A DNA stretch of 56,906 nt, filler included, from Catajapyx aquilonaris (Eukaryota), in the NCBI GenBank assembly GCA_000934665.2. It is 2 parts of 2 records of this genome, joined end to end, with 100 filler letters (N's around TTAATTAATTAA, not from the genome) between each part and the next. Parts side by side here need not be neighbours in the genome. Positions count along the whole stretch, not along the records: positions 1 to 28,561 come from JYFJ02004944.1; 1 more part is not named here. One strand, written 5' to 3'. Shown here in pieces: positions 1 to 11,669 of the stretch. Position 1 is the first letter of the stretch, and each line of letters begins with the position of its first letter. Below the pieces are notes generated by a model, which saw only the letters and a list, made by a program, of their open reading frames with translations, did not search any database and had not been told where the DNA came from. The translations under genes were made by a program, and so were the position numbers.

Positions 1-718
1 AGTTTTTACTATAGATTTTTCTTCAGCTTTCCAGCAGCCTCCGTCCATACAAAAATGATGTAACATAATTGCACCCATATTGCACACATATCAAGGGCAC
101 ATAAAATATTGCTGGCTCATTAGCTCGGGGGCATGGATTCACCTGGGATGAGTAATGAGAGAGTGCCCAGGTCTATTGAAGCTCTGAGCAAGACACGATG
201 ATGGAGCAGTCTTGGGGGGGGNNNNGGTAATTAATACGAGCAACTCCGCATTCCTTAGCCATATTTCAACCCCTCGACATTGGCTAGGGGCCTTCGTACG
301 TGTATATAAAATGAGTGAAATATCGACTCGATCGAGCCTGTGCTACATTTTCTTGATACAGATATCTAAATTAACGTTTCTTTAATGGTACAAAAAAAGG
401 AGAGTAATTTGTGTAAGAAATAAATTAAGACAATCAGGTCTTTCCAACCAGTTTCTGATCAGTTTGCGTGTAGACACTACCTTGACTTTTTTTTTTAAAC
501 CAGTGGATGCGGTACAACGGAAAAATTAACGTAGGCATTGACCTGAGTACCTGTCGAAGAGGTTAATTTAGCACAATTTTTTTTAAAAGGGATAAAATTG
601 ATAGAGTCACTTGAAGGAAAACAGATAATAATGCGCCCAATTGTTGCTTTTTTTATTCCCATGTTCCGTCATAGTACAGGTAGAAAAATATATCTCTTCT
701 GGTTTTCAGCGTGGATTA

Positions 719-1677
719 TTAGCGTCCGGGTAGTCCAGGGATTGCCAGATCCGGGATGTTGGGTATTCCTGGGTTGGGAAATCCGGGAACGCTTGGGACG
801 GTCACCCCAAGGCCTGGGATTGTGATCCCGCCGGATGCAGGAGTGGAACCATTGCCTGGGACGCCCAATCCGGGACTGCCTGGGAGTCCAGGGAGTCCAG
901 GGAATGCTGGGAGTCCGGGTACCTGTGGGATTCCCAATCCTGGGTTTGGGATTGGCAGGTTTGGAAGACCTGGTACTCCCAATCCTGGGGCTGATCCGTT
1001 GCCTCCTGGAAATCCTGGAATGCTTGGGATGCCTAATCCGGGACCGCCTGGAATACTTGGGATTGCTGGGATTCCACCGGGAAGTGCAGGGATTCCGCCT
1101 AGGCCTGGGATATTAGGCAGGCCCGGAATTGGCCCGGATGCGGCTGTTGTGGAGCTGGTTGGTGGTGCTTCGGTCGAAGCATCGTCACGCTGCACATAAC
1201 GACACAAGCCCTGTGGATACGAAATATTATAGTCACTCTAAACTTTAGCTTATATACTATAGAAAAACCCTCGCATCGCTCGCATTTTTCTAGGCCTGCG
1301 GCCTGTGGGGAGTGGCGAGGGAGCGAAGTGAACTCTCCGGAAGGCAGTGATCGAATGGACAGTTCCTCCTCCCACCCACCAGAGGCGCTGCCTCCATTGC
1401 GCCTGCGCAAAACGGTAACAATATGCGGCGGACCAATCAGAAGGCACACAACATGAATAGGACTCTAATATTACAGTTGTATAAAGGGGAAAGTTTGTCG
1501 GCATGTCCCTATCTCTTACCATAGCAACAGGTTACCATGGCATGGCAACAGTGTCATCGTATAGCAACGACATTCCTCAATTCCCGTGCGATATACTGCT
1601 AGTCTAATGACTATAATTTAATGAAATACCTGTGAGAACAGAGCGGCGCAAATTGCCAGGATGAGTTGACGAGCCAT
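719..1677 (-). CDS. Secreted Gly/Pro-rich low-complexity protein (~179 aa), 2 coding exons (1677-1630, 1210-719)
   Basis: ATG in caaccATGG context gives MARQLILAICAALFSQ|gtattt, joined in phase 0 via ccacag| to GLCRYVQRDDASTEAPPTSSTT followed by repeated PGL/IPG/PGFP motifs. Signal-peptide-like N-terminus. Likely non-coding first exon ending at a gtaagt donor near 1753. Confidence 0.75.
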
Positions 1678-1802
1678 GGTTGATCAACTGAAAAAGGAAA
1701 CGAAAAAAATATATATAGTCCATTAGAGGGAGTAAGTGTCCTGATAGACTTACCTCTAGAGATAGCTGCCAGATAGATAGTATCCCAACAGCAGATCCCA
1801 AC

Positions 1803-1812
1803 CTTTTTATAC
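1803..1812 (-). promoter_or_regulatory. Putative TATA box of the Gly/Pro-rich gene
   Basis: GTATAAAAAG on the minus strand ~50 nt upstream of the gtaagt donor of the putative non-coding exon. Confidence 0.5.
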
Positions 1813-3734
1813 CCAGCTTAAGGTCTGCTCGCGAAAAACAATAGAGCGGAAATCCAGGTTATTGTTCCATACTTTGAATCCAAAACAGGCACGATATGGA
1901 TGACACCATTTCGCAATTAATCAACGACACCTTCATCAACATATCATCAACTCTGTACGAAAAAAAAAATAATGTCGACCTGATTTTACCTGACATCTTC
2001 AATTGTGCTGATCATATGTTGAGCTATGTGTCGGAAAATACGTGCATGTGCCCTGAAAATAACAAGCATAATTTTTTGGGGGGGCATTTTTATTGCGATG
2101 ACACGAACCCGGGCTGCAGCCCAATTGTGTCATAATGTCAAGGCCTGGGCGTAATTATCGTATACCGAAACTCGATCGGACAAAAAAATTGCCCAGAGTT
2201 GATTGATGCGTAACGATCATCGCAAAAAATAATTATCGAGTATGTGACAAAAAAAAACGAAAGCAACAATGGCAGGTGGCAAGAGTATAATGTTATAGGT
2301 GTGATGCCAATTATTGCATTCCATACTTAATAAGGTCAGGTATTCTGCACTGCAATTTGCCCAATATCAAAGAATAAATTATGTTTACCCCCCCTCCAAT
2401 AACTAGTTAAAAACTAGATTTGCCTAATGATATGGTGCAATAAATTTTAATTAGAATATTTCTATTAAAATCAAACTATCAAACTATTGGAAGCAGCAAT
2501 TCCTTGAGATATTTGATATTGTGGCGTGTAATTGCAATTACTAAATTCTTTAAATTGACAACATTCACTGACTGTATGGCTGATGTTTTGTTTGATAACG
2601 CACCGTACTTTCTCCTTACCCAGGCAATAAAGCAGTAGGTTTATGAGGCTATTCATCTAAGTGTCGCACATCATTCAACAAGTTTTATGTACAGTGAGCA
2701 TTTTTGCTCATATAATTGCGAATTTAGAAAACCTACCAGGAAGACTTGCACGATAATTTCGATAATTTTTAGTGACGGCTCCAGATTATCTAATATCACG
2801 AAAAATTTAGTGTTCTTACGTAACGTCCCCTGCAGACTTTTTTTAAAAAAATCGTGTGCACCTGTTAGGGGTGTCACACCATGCAGTGAATCAGTAGGTG
2901 GTTAGATCGTGACTCGATTGGGACCCCCTTTTAATGTTATATTACCAGAGAGGTGTAACAGACACTCTGATCCGACCAGTTCCCAACAGTATCATCATCA
3001 CCTTCATGAAGATTAATAAAAATAAGGGGGTATGGGTCCATGAAGAAGTTTTCCCCCATCCGAAGGTTCAGAGCAAGGATATACACACAACAGCTCCGAA
3101 AAAAAAAAAAAAAAAACAAGTTGTATATGAGTAACTTATAGGTTTCAAAAACTAGATCAAGTCAAGGACTCTGGGATCGAGTTTTTGGATAATTAGGCTA
3201 ATGCTTCTAAGGCGTCCTCGCGACGTCCTCCCCCCCTTCCAAAGAAAAACAAGTGGTGATGAATAAGTGTGGTGACCTGCCAGATCATCCCATTCCGATA
3301 ACCAATTTTTTATGTGTGCGTGTGTGATGTCTCCAAGGGAAGAATTTTGCTACCTGTTGTGCCAGGTAAGATGGACAATGTGTATAAGAGGTGCGCGTGA
3401 CCTGTTCCTTTAGCAGTTCTTACAGACACCTGCGGAACAAGTAACGGAGACATTCCCTGACGGAAAAAGTTGATTTTTCTCACGGAGTTGGCTTTATTGT
3501 AGATATTTTTTTAAGGTGAATTTGAGGGAAAAATGTTGGTTTTGCACGAATTGAATGTTCGACTGGACAATTGGATGTTCGCGAATAAATTGCGAAATGT
3601 TGGGCCATTAGCTTCACGCCTGATTCTTGTTGAAGTCAACTCCGTTAAGTTATGCTGCATTTTTTGGGGGGGAATTATGATGTCATTTCAATAATTAGCT
3701 AGGAAGGCATGAAAAAAATTATACTTGCAACTAT

Positions 3735-3860
3735 ATGCATTAAAATGAATAAATTTTATGCATTGAAATGGATAAATTCTATGCATTGAAATGAATAAAT
3801 TTTATGCATTGAAATGGATAAATTTTATGCATTGTAATTAATATACTGTATTTTATGCAT
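3735..3860. repeat. 23-bp AT-rich minisatellite, ~5 copies
   Basis: Unit ATGCATTGAAATG(A/G)ATAAATTTT repeated in tandem, with gaat/ggat variants alternating. Confidence 0.85.
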
Positions 3861-5027
3861 TCAAACGAATAACGGGAAATATTCGTCTGTCACACTTTTA
3901 GGTTGGCAAATGAATAAAATAATGCAGTCCAATAGTATGAATGAATATGACCTGCAATAGCTCCCGACACTCACATTATTGAAACAAAAACTTGTCATGA
4001 ACAAGAGGATTAACCTTAACACTCTTGTTATACAGCCATGATTCTGCATTTTATGACTATGTGGCTTACAGGTAATCCTACGATCGTGATAATTATTTTT
4101 TTTTCCCCCGTGCATATTTTCGCTGGAATCTCTGCTCATTAGAGTTCCCAACAGTATCATCATTGCATAGTTGTCCCTCCGTTTGAAAGGACACCCTTGT
4201 AACATTTCACGTCCGCGTCATCTCAACCCATAGTTGACATCGCGTGCGAAACTAATACACGCAATAAAAAAATAACTTTAAAAAAAATTTTAAAGTCAGA
4301 AACGCAAATCTGTTTGACCTTCTGGTAATGAGGGTGAGTGCAATCAACCCTAAGACTTGGGTCGTAGGAGGTAACATTACTAGTATTTAGCTTGGGATGT
4401 AGAGTAATTACAGTGCACAGGGCGGGAGGAATCACGCGTGGTAATGTGGTAGACACAAGAAATTAGTACTGATGGAAAAGTAGGGTGGAAAGATGGAGCA
4501 GGCTTTTGCTTTGGGGAGTCGTGACTGCCTAAACTTTCGTTCCAAGAAAGAAGCACCTAAAGACTGATATGTGAGAGAGTTATAAGATAGAAGATAGGCG
4601 AAGAAGAAGAAGAAGAAGAAAAAAAAAAAAAAGGTTGTTGGGCACTCTGCCTCAAGGATGGTCATCTTGTGTTTGGTCAGTCTGCGAAGACGCCGATACA
4701 CTTTCACTTTTTCAGGTCTCTCTCTCACTCTCGCATGTTTGTGTTGGATAGGTGTGATATGTAGATGAGAGGGGGAATTTGTAGCAAGAAGAAGAAGAAT
4801 CCTGTTCCAAGTATGTGGGTGGGGACGCGGGCGACGTGAAGGACAAACGAGGCGCGTGTTTTGCGCAGGTTACAATACTTGTATGGCCCATTCATTTTAA
4901 GAGGGACAGGCAATCGGACCAAGTTTCATCGAAAACTTGTCGTAAATGTGACCTAAACTGCCGTCGCAATTGAACTGTACGTTTTCATCGCCTAGGTAAG
5001 AAAAAAAAAACTATGAGCTCATCCTAG

Positions 5028-5414
5028 TGCGCACCCACTCTCGCGCAGCTCCAGTGTTGTGATAAGACTCATATCATTGTCTTCTCAGGGGCCTGTAGCC
5101 TCCAAAGAGTTCTGAAATAATTAATAAAAAATAAAAATAAAAATGGGAAATGAAAATAATTAATTAATAACAAACAAACAAATAAATAAATATCGTAAAT
5201 GAAAATAATAAATGTATAAATAAATAACAAATAAATAAAACATTATAGCCGAACTCTGAGGTTGGTTCCAGAGCCTTGGCGACGTAGCAAACGTCAGCCA
5301 TTTTGTTCTCCCTCAAAGCGTAGCGTTGGAAATAAGTGTAGCCCTTATTCTACAGAGAGCTTATTGATAATTGCTAATTCCAACCATGCAGGCTGCGCGA
5401 ACTGTGGTGCGCAC
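5028..5414. mobile_element. Degenerate MITE-like element with AT-rich core
   Basis: gtgcgcacccactctcgcgcagc (~5028) is an imperfect inverted repeat of gctgcgcgaactgtggtgcgcac (~5392-5414); A-rich simple sequence lies between them. Confidence 0.4.
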
Positions 5415-7589
5415 TTTGTTGCGCTCGTAAAAAAAATAAATCATCAATACCCTAATGCTGACGAAACCTTTTTGTCATTCGAACGTGCTGCACTTTTGTA
5501 TAAATTATTACAATTAAGCGGTGCATAATTAATGATGGGTTTGGGCCCATCAATTACGTGTGACATCACTTGACCAGCAAAAATCACTTTGGCCTTTTTC
5601 ATGACTGGACATTTGTCTAGTAGTACCTAACCTAATAAGCATCATGTGTGTATAAGGTCATGTCCAGATGCTCTGTACGTGCAAGAGCAGGCCCACCCTG
5701 TGGCGGACATGAATTAAAAGTACTCAGCATGGGGGGAGTTTGGTCAGTTCATATAGCCTGGGGGGAAAGTGATGTCCACATTTTGTAATGACTGGGTGAT
5801 GATTGCTATGAAAGAAGAATTGGATGATGATGCCCCTCAGGACAAGCCTGTTCTTTCATTTTTGAGGAGTGGCCAACGGTTTTTTTTAAAAACAAAGTGG
5901 GCCATTCTTGTGATTTGTCCAATGCGCCGTTTATGTGGGTTATTATTACGATAATTAGTAAATACATGAATGAATGCACAATGAGACGTACATCATCCAG
6001 CACCCTTTTATATTTAAAAAATATATGCCGACGTCACTTGCGTTGAAAACTGTGCTAAACAGCGACAAATAATTGTCGCTGTCAAATCTAATGCATATAT
6101 GCCATAACAATTAGTCTTAAAATAATTACACAACAGTTCTTACAGATCATACCCAGCAGATCCAACCGGAAAAGGTCAAAAGACAGATGCCATTTATTAG
6201 GATAAGTCGTATAGGCAAGTGTGAGCAAAAAAAGATGTATAGTCTCTTCCAAATAAGCGCAAGTGATTTATGAGGACTTATATTTGGGCGGGGATGTCCA
6301 TTCATTTATTTCAATTGCGAAAAAGGTGGAAAAAAAATTATCAGGGTCGGTTTGGCTAATTAACCCCAACCGATGACCTCTCAGTATATATGATTCCGGG
6401 TTTTGCTGTGAGCCTCATTCATCATTCATGCTCATTACAAATTTGCTGTTAGACCAGATCGTCTTGTAATTTATATCTACACGCTCAACAAAAATTCTGT
6501 CCGCATGTTAAAGTGCACACACTGATTTACATATTAGTGAGGTGAGTACTTGTTCAAATGAGTGTCACACTGACATGAGCACAAATTATTTTCAAAAATT
6601 ATTTGTCATATTTTAATGAGCAATAACACAGGATGCTAGTGAAAATAATCGACAATAATTACGGAAAAAAATAGTATGTCTTATCCTTATGGTGTTATAA
6701 TGAAGAGGAAGTAAATTCCGTGTATGTATAACATGTACCATATCTCTCGGTAATAGTCAGGAAGTGTGAACGTGGAAATTTTTTCGTGGTTGATATTATG
6801 TAAGGAGGTCATGAAGCATCATGCCAAATGCGATTCTTCTGTAGCATCATTTCAGGGCTTCCGACTTATGACCTTTGTAATACACCTTATACGTATATAT
6901 GACACATGATAAACTCAATTTCCACATAAAAACTTACGAAACATTATGACGACATCGTGATTAGCAGCAAAACAGAGAAGTTATCGCGGGTAAAATAACT
7001 GACATTTCTGGTTCTTCAATGTTTCGCAATATTTGCATTTGCAAAAAAAAAGTATAGTGCAGTAGGTGACTTAGCTGTCACTTAAGCTATTCCGTAATGG
7101 AATATTCGTGAAGTTTTTTTTTTCTCTCGCCATTTTTTTTTTGTGTACGATAGTTACCGGTAGGCATAACCGCATTGTTATGCGTCTCATCCAGCTCTAG
7201 AAGATGTCGGTGGTGCACACAAAAAGGAGGTCAACTCTTCTCATTTTTCGGGTGTGACGTAATCTGATTAGTGTCCAAGAAGAGAAGATGGCAAGCAACA
7301 AGAGTGCATATAATGCACTATCGGTTAACTGTCATGGATAGGTGATGAACGACCTGAAACTGACCCAAGCGATCAGCTTCACTGAAGGACACCAGGGTCA
7401 TCCATTATTGACTGCCGCCGCCTACTGCCTTATTGAACCGCTCTCGCTGTCTGCATATTTGGGACATATATTGGCACATACAGCCGAAAGTTTGTCTGTA
7501 TTTCCAGGCTACCAAATCCACTTTCAGACTACCGAGAGTACTGACACTTTGCCACTGATTGAGGGAAAAGTCCCTATAAGGAGGTCCCC

Positions 7590-7613
7590 AACGACGACGA
7601 CTACGACTCTACG

Positions 7614-7681
<68 letters not shown>

Positions 7682-7835
7682 CACTACCACCACCACCAAG
7701 CTCTTGCTACTATACCTACTACCACTACTACCAGTTGTATAGTAAATTAGTAGCCTACAGTAGGCCTACTGCTAGTAGTAGCAAGAACTAATAACTGGTA
7801 TAGTAGTAACTAGTAGACTACTACTAGTAGTAGTA

Positions 7836-7867
<32 letters not shown>

Positions 7868-8064
7868 TAGTAGAAGAAGTAGTAACAATAACAGCCTATC
7901 TCTATGTACAATGTCTAATATAAAATATATATAATATCTCCATATAAAATCTCTATACGACTACGACTAGCTACTACTACTACTACTACTACTACAACTA
8001 CTACTACAACTACTACTACTACTACGACGACGACGACGACGACGAGTAGTAGTAGTAGTAGTAT

Positions 8065-8098
<34 letters not shown>

Positions 8099-8194
8099 AG
8101 TAGTAGAAGTAGTAGTAGTAGTCGTAATCGTAGTCGTAGTCGTATAGAGATTTTATATGGAGATATATATTTTTATATTAGACATTTTATATAG

Positions 8195-8229
<35 letters not shown>

Positions 8230-8250
8230 CAGCTCTTGCTACTACTACTA
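7590..8250. repeat. (CTA)n/(TAG)n/(CGA)n/(TCG)n microsatellite complex with internal inverted repeat
   Basis: Long trinucleotide tracts in both orientations; unique segment ~7900-7968 recurs inverted at ~8130-8192. Confidence 0.9.
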
Positions 8251-8548
8251 CACTGTTATTTATTATTATTTATTATTCAATATAAAGCAGAAAGTTTGTA
8301 CGTCCGGGCTACCAAACACACTTTCAGACTGCTGATAGCTTGAAACTTTGAGCCACTATTGTGGGAAAAGTCCGAGGAAAAGTCCCTAAGGAATTGACGA
8401 CAACAACAACGACAACAACGACGATGACTACGACGACGACCAAATAACCTATTAATAATAGCAGTTTGTTCGTGACATGTTCCTTGGTAATACAGCTACG
8501 ATTTTATCGGCTCATCCGGCAGACTATTTTCAACGTCAACTCCTTCAG

Positions 8549-8623
8549 ACGCATGCGTAACCTGTAGTATTTGAAACCACCTTATAGTAGCAGCAGTAGC
8601 AGGCATACCCACAGCGCATGCGT
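8549..8623. promoter_or_regulatory. NRF1/Ewg-like GCGCATGCG motifs upstream of HMG20
   Basis: acgcatgcgt (~8549) and gcgcatgcgt (~8614) lie 150-215 nt upstream of the ATG; a similar motif lies upstream of RCC1 (~17700). Confidence 0.45.
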
Positions 8624-8764
8624 CAGTCGCACTCGACTTGAAGATGTGAAATGGAATTTTCGCCATCTGCGAACACTGCCGAGTCGAAAATGGCGTCGAT
8701 CACGAACCCTTTGTGATTCAGAGAGTTGCCGACAAAAGAACTGCTCTAAAAAAGAGACACACAA

Positions 8765-9890
8765 ATGTCTTCCGAAGCGTCGGCCGAGCCTGTCCCTGGT
8801 CCTTCAAGCCGGGTCACTCCACCGCCAGAACAACAGGATCCGACCAAGGAGGAAGAAAAGATGCTCAAAGGTAGTACAGTGTGGAACAGAATTGGGCAGT
8901 ACTGCAACTCCTGTTGTGTTGTTGTTCCAGCTAGAGGAATGTCAACACCTGAGTCCAGCATCGTTCCATCGACGCCACCGACGGACGGTACAAAGTCAGG
9001 GAGTGGCGGCAATAAGACTGGGAAGAAAGGCAAGAAGCGGAAGAAGGGCGTGCGGGAACACCACGGCGGACCCCGCCAGCCGCTCAACGGGTACGTGCGG
9101 TTCATGAACGACAACAGGGAACGAGTCCGGACGGAGTATCCCAACCTGCCGTTTCCGGAGATCATGAAGGTGCTGGCCGGAGAATGGAGCACATTACCGC
9201 ATCCGGATAAGCAGGTAATTGCACACGCAGTACAACGCAGTAGCAACATGTAACGAATCAAACCGGTTGCAGAAATACCTTGATGCTGCGGAGGTGGATC
9301 GTGAGAGGTATCAGAAAGAGCTGAGCGAATACAAGCAGACTGATGCCTACAAGGAGTTCGCACAGCAGCAGAAGGAAAAGAAGAAGAAGCGGGAGGAAAA
9401 GGAGCGGGATAAGTCGATCCAGGAGGAGGAATCCGAGAGCAATCATGTTGCGGAGAAGCCCAGGGCGTCTACCGGATCTGGGAGCGACGTGCCCATATTT
9501 ACGGAGGAGTTCATGGAGCACAATAAGGGGCGGGAGGCGGAGTTGCGACAGTTGCGGAAGTCAAACGTCGATTGCGAGGAGCAGAATGCGGTGCTGCACA
9601 AGTATGTGGCCAATATGAAGCAGGTTGTGGAGACTATGGAGGAGGAATTTGTGAAGAAGAAGGCGGAGAGGGCGGGGATGCAGAAGCACTTGTATGATCT
9701 TCGCAGGAACTTTGTGGCCGGTTTTGCGAATCTGCCGCTCCCAGGTAGTGACAAGCCGCCCGATGCGCAGGACATCGATGAATACGTGACGCGATTGCAT
9801 TCCCTCCTAGCGCACAGAGGCGGCAGAGAGCACGAATCATTTGTTACCAGTGCGAGAGATGTGATTGCCAAGATGGACTTTCGGAATTGA
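8765..9890 (+). CDS. HMG20A: HMG20A/B (iBRAF/BRAF35)-like HMG-box protein, ~335 aa; exons 8765-8870, 8931-9214, 9273-9890
   Basis: HMG box (PRQPLNGYVRFMNDNRERVRTEYPNLPFPEIMKVLAGEWSTL..DK|QKYLDAAEVDRERYQKEL) followed by the HMG20 coiled-coil signature (DVPIFTEEFMEHNKGREAELRQLRKSN...EEQNAVL) and LPLPG motif; canonical 60- and 58-nt introns with consistent phase. Confidence 0.93.
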
Positions 9891-10030
9891 ATGTGTGTTT
9901 GAGTGCCTGTGTGATTAAAAGATGTATACTTCTATATTAAATTAAAATGCTCATTACATAATTTTAACTACATTGAACATTCATTACGCATTCAAGCTGG
10001 AATCACATGTCAGGCCTTTGCTAACCATAA

Positions 10031-10130
10031 CACGTAAACAATTCGCTGCTTTTCCAGCTTATTTCAGGCAACAATGGTTGACATGTAACCAGAGCAACTT
10101 CACGTAAACACTTTTGGACTTTCCAGCTTT
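10031..10130 (+). promoter_or_regulatory. X-box (RFX) plus two forkhead GTAAACA motifs
   Basis: GTAACC-AG-AGCAAC at 10085-10098 fits GTNRCC(N0-3)RGYAAC; CACGTAAACA at 10031 and 10101, each followed by a TTTCCAGCTT element. Confidence 0.45.
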
Positions 10131-10212
10131 ACAACCGTTCTCTCTGAAAATTATCCTGTATTTACCGCAAATTTCTGTGAATAGTTTGGGCAAGTAGATT
10201 CAACTATTCGGC

Positions 10213-11669
10213 ATGATGCAATCGTACGACAGCAACTACCAGATCACCCACATCGTGAGTGCCTGCAAGGTGAGGACCACTTGTCGTTACCTTCTCCTGT
10301 TGCTAATTAATTTCACTTCGACAACTACAGGAGGGCATCTTGGCCCTGGAGCAATCCTTGCACAGAATTGGCGACGTCCTCCAGCCCACCAGTGAGGAGA
10401 AACTGACGGAGCATAGGGTTCTGAAGGGATACGAGGACCTGCAGAAGAACGTGAAGAACCAGGCCGGAATCCTCCAGCAACTCACCCTCGTCTTCAAAAA
10501 TCTCAAGGAGCTCTTCGACAGCGTCCACGGACTTCCTCCGAAGCCCAAGATGGGTAAGGTGGACGATTTTAACGAGCCTGTTGAAATCCTCTTCAAGAAC
10601 GAGAGGGCGAAAATCCCAGGCATCCTACTGAAGGAGTCTGAATCGGTACGTAGCTTTATGCTTCCGCCGATTGCGACTTACCTCTTTGTGTCCATGCAGG
10701 ATATTGAGAATAGGCTGCTGCAGAAGTTCCATCACGTCTTGGTGAAATTGGAGGCCTCGGGAACTGCCGCCTCCAAACTGCAAGCCAAGGTCCTGGGCGT
10801 GTCCAAGTCCCTTCAGAAGAAGCTAGACAATCTGAGCAAGGACTCTGAGGATGTGATTGATGATGCGATGCAGAAGAAGCTACGGGGGGTGCTGGTCAGC
10901 CACGAGGTCATTGGGGACAAGGTCGCATCCGGTGACCTGTACTACGAGATTCAAGAGGACCTGGATGACCACTACAAGGATGTCATGGACTCTTGGGAAA
11001 TGGTCAGTTTCTTGATCGTCTGAATTTGTCGTTTGCTTACTTTCTGTTGTCACGGACGCCCAGATGGCGAAGGATCGGAGGGATAATGCGAAGGATCTGA
11101 AGCAGGACGAGTGGATGAGTCTGGTGGACACTCTGTCCTTGGCCGGCCCTTCTTCCGCTCTGGGTCCCTCGATCGGAGTGAGCCTGAAGAGCCTCCCGGA
11201 CATGGTCAAAGGGACCACCAAAGTGACCGTCGACACCTTCCTGAAGCACCACAGGGAGCTCTCCCGCATGGACGTTGAGGAGCTCTGGGATGACTACGGA
11301 GATCTTCTGGTGAGATTGCACTTGTTCCTTCTCTAGGACACGCTGCTTTATTTCGAACTATTTGCAGACCGGGTTTCAAAAGAATTCGCACAGGATCAGG
11401 AAGGCAGCGTACGAAGAGTGCAAAGATATTGTGCAGAGTTTGAAGAAGTTCCTCCATGGCACTGGGCATGAAACGGCACATGCGGCTGAGGTACGTACAG
11501 TTTACTTTGCTTGGAGTACGGTCCCAGCTTATTTTGTTCCTTGCAGCAATTCCTTTCGGGCGTTCGACCTCTCCGTGATGACATGCCTCTGAAGTGGAAT
11601 GATATCGTGAGGTCCCTGTTAACAGGCAACGTTAACTCTGCACAGGGAGAGGATGAAGACGATGATTAA
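10213..11669 (+). CDS. Uncharacterised alpha-helical/coiled-coil protein, ~406 aa; exons 10213-10269, 10331-11002, 11064-11309, 11368-11490, 11547-11669
   Basis: Five exons with coding-like composition joined by four phase-0 GT-AG introns of 56-61 nt give one uninterrupted ORF from MMQSYDSNY to ...QGEDEDDD*. I recognise no domain. Confidence 0.85.

Noticed and set aside
756..1199. Collagen-like ORF on the + strand
   Set aside because: Antisense shadow of the Gly/Pro gene; the minus strand has the splice sites, signal exon and TATA box.
1826..2052. Additional upstream coding exons for the Gly/Pro gene
   Set aside because: They would need a ~37-nt intron and would run out of frame with the signal-peptide ATG; the TATA plus non-coding exon model is simpler.
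7342..7791. 149-aa ORF with a poly-Leu tract
   Set aside because: Translation of the (CTA)n microsatellite and an adjacent repeat.
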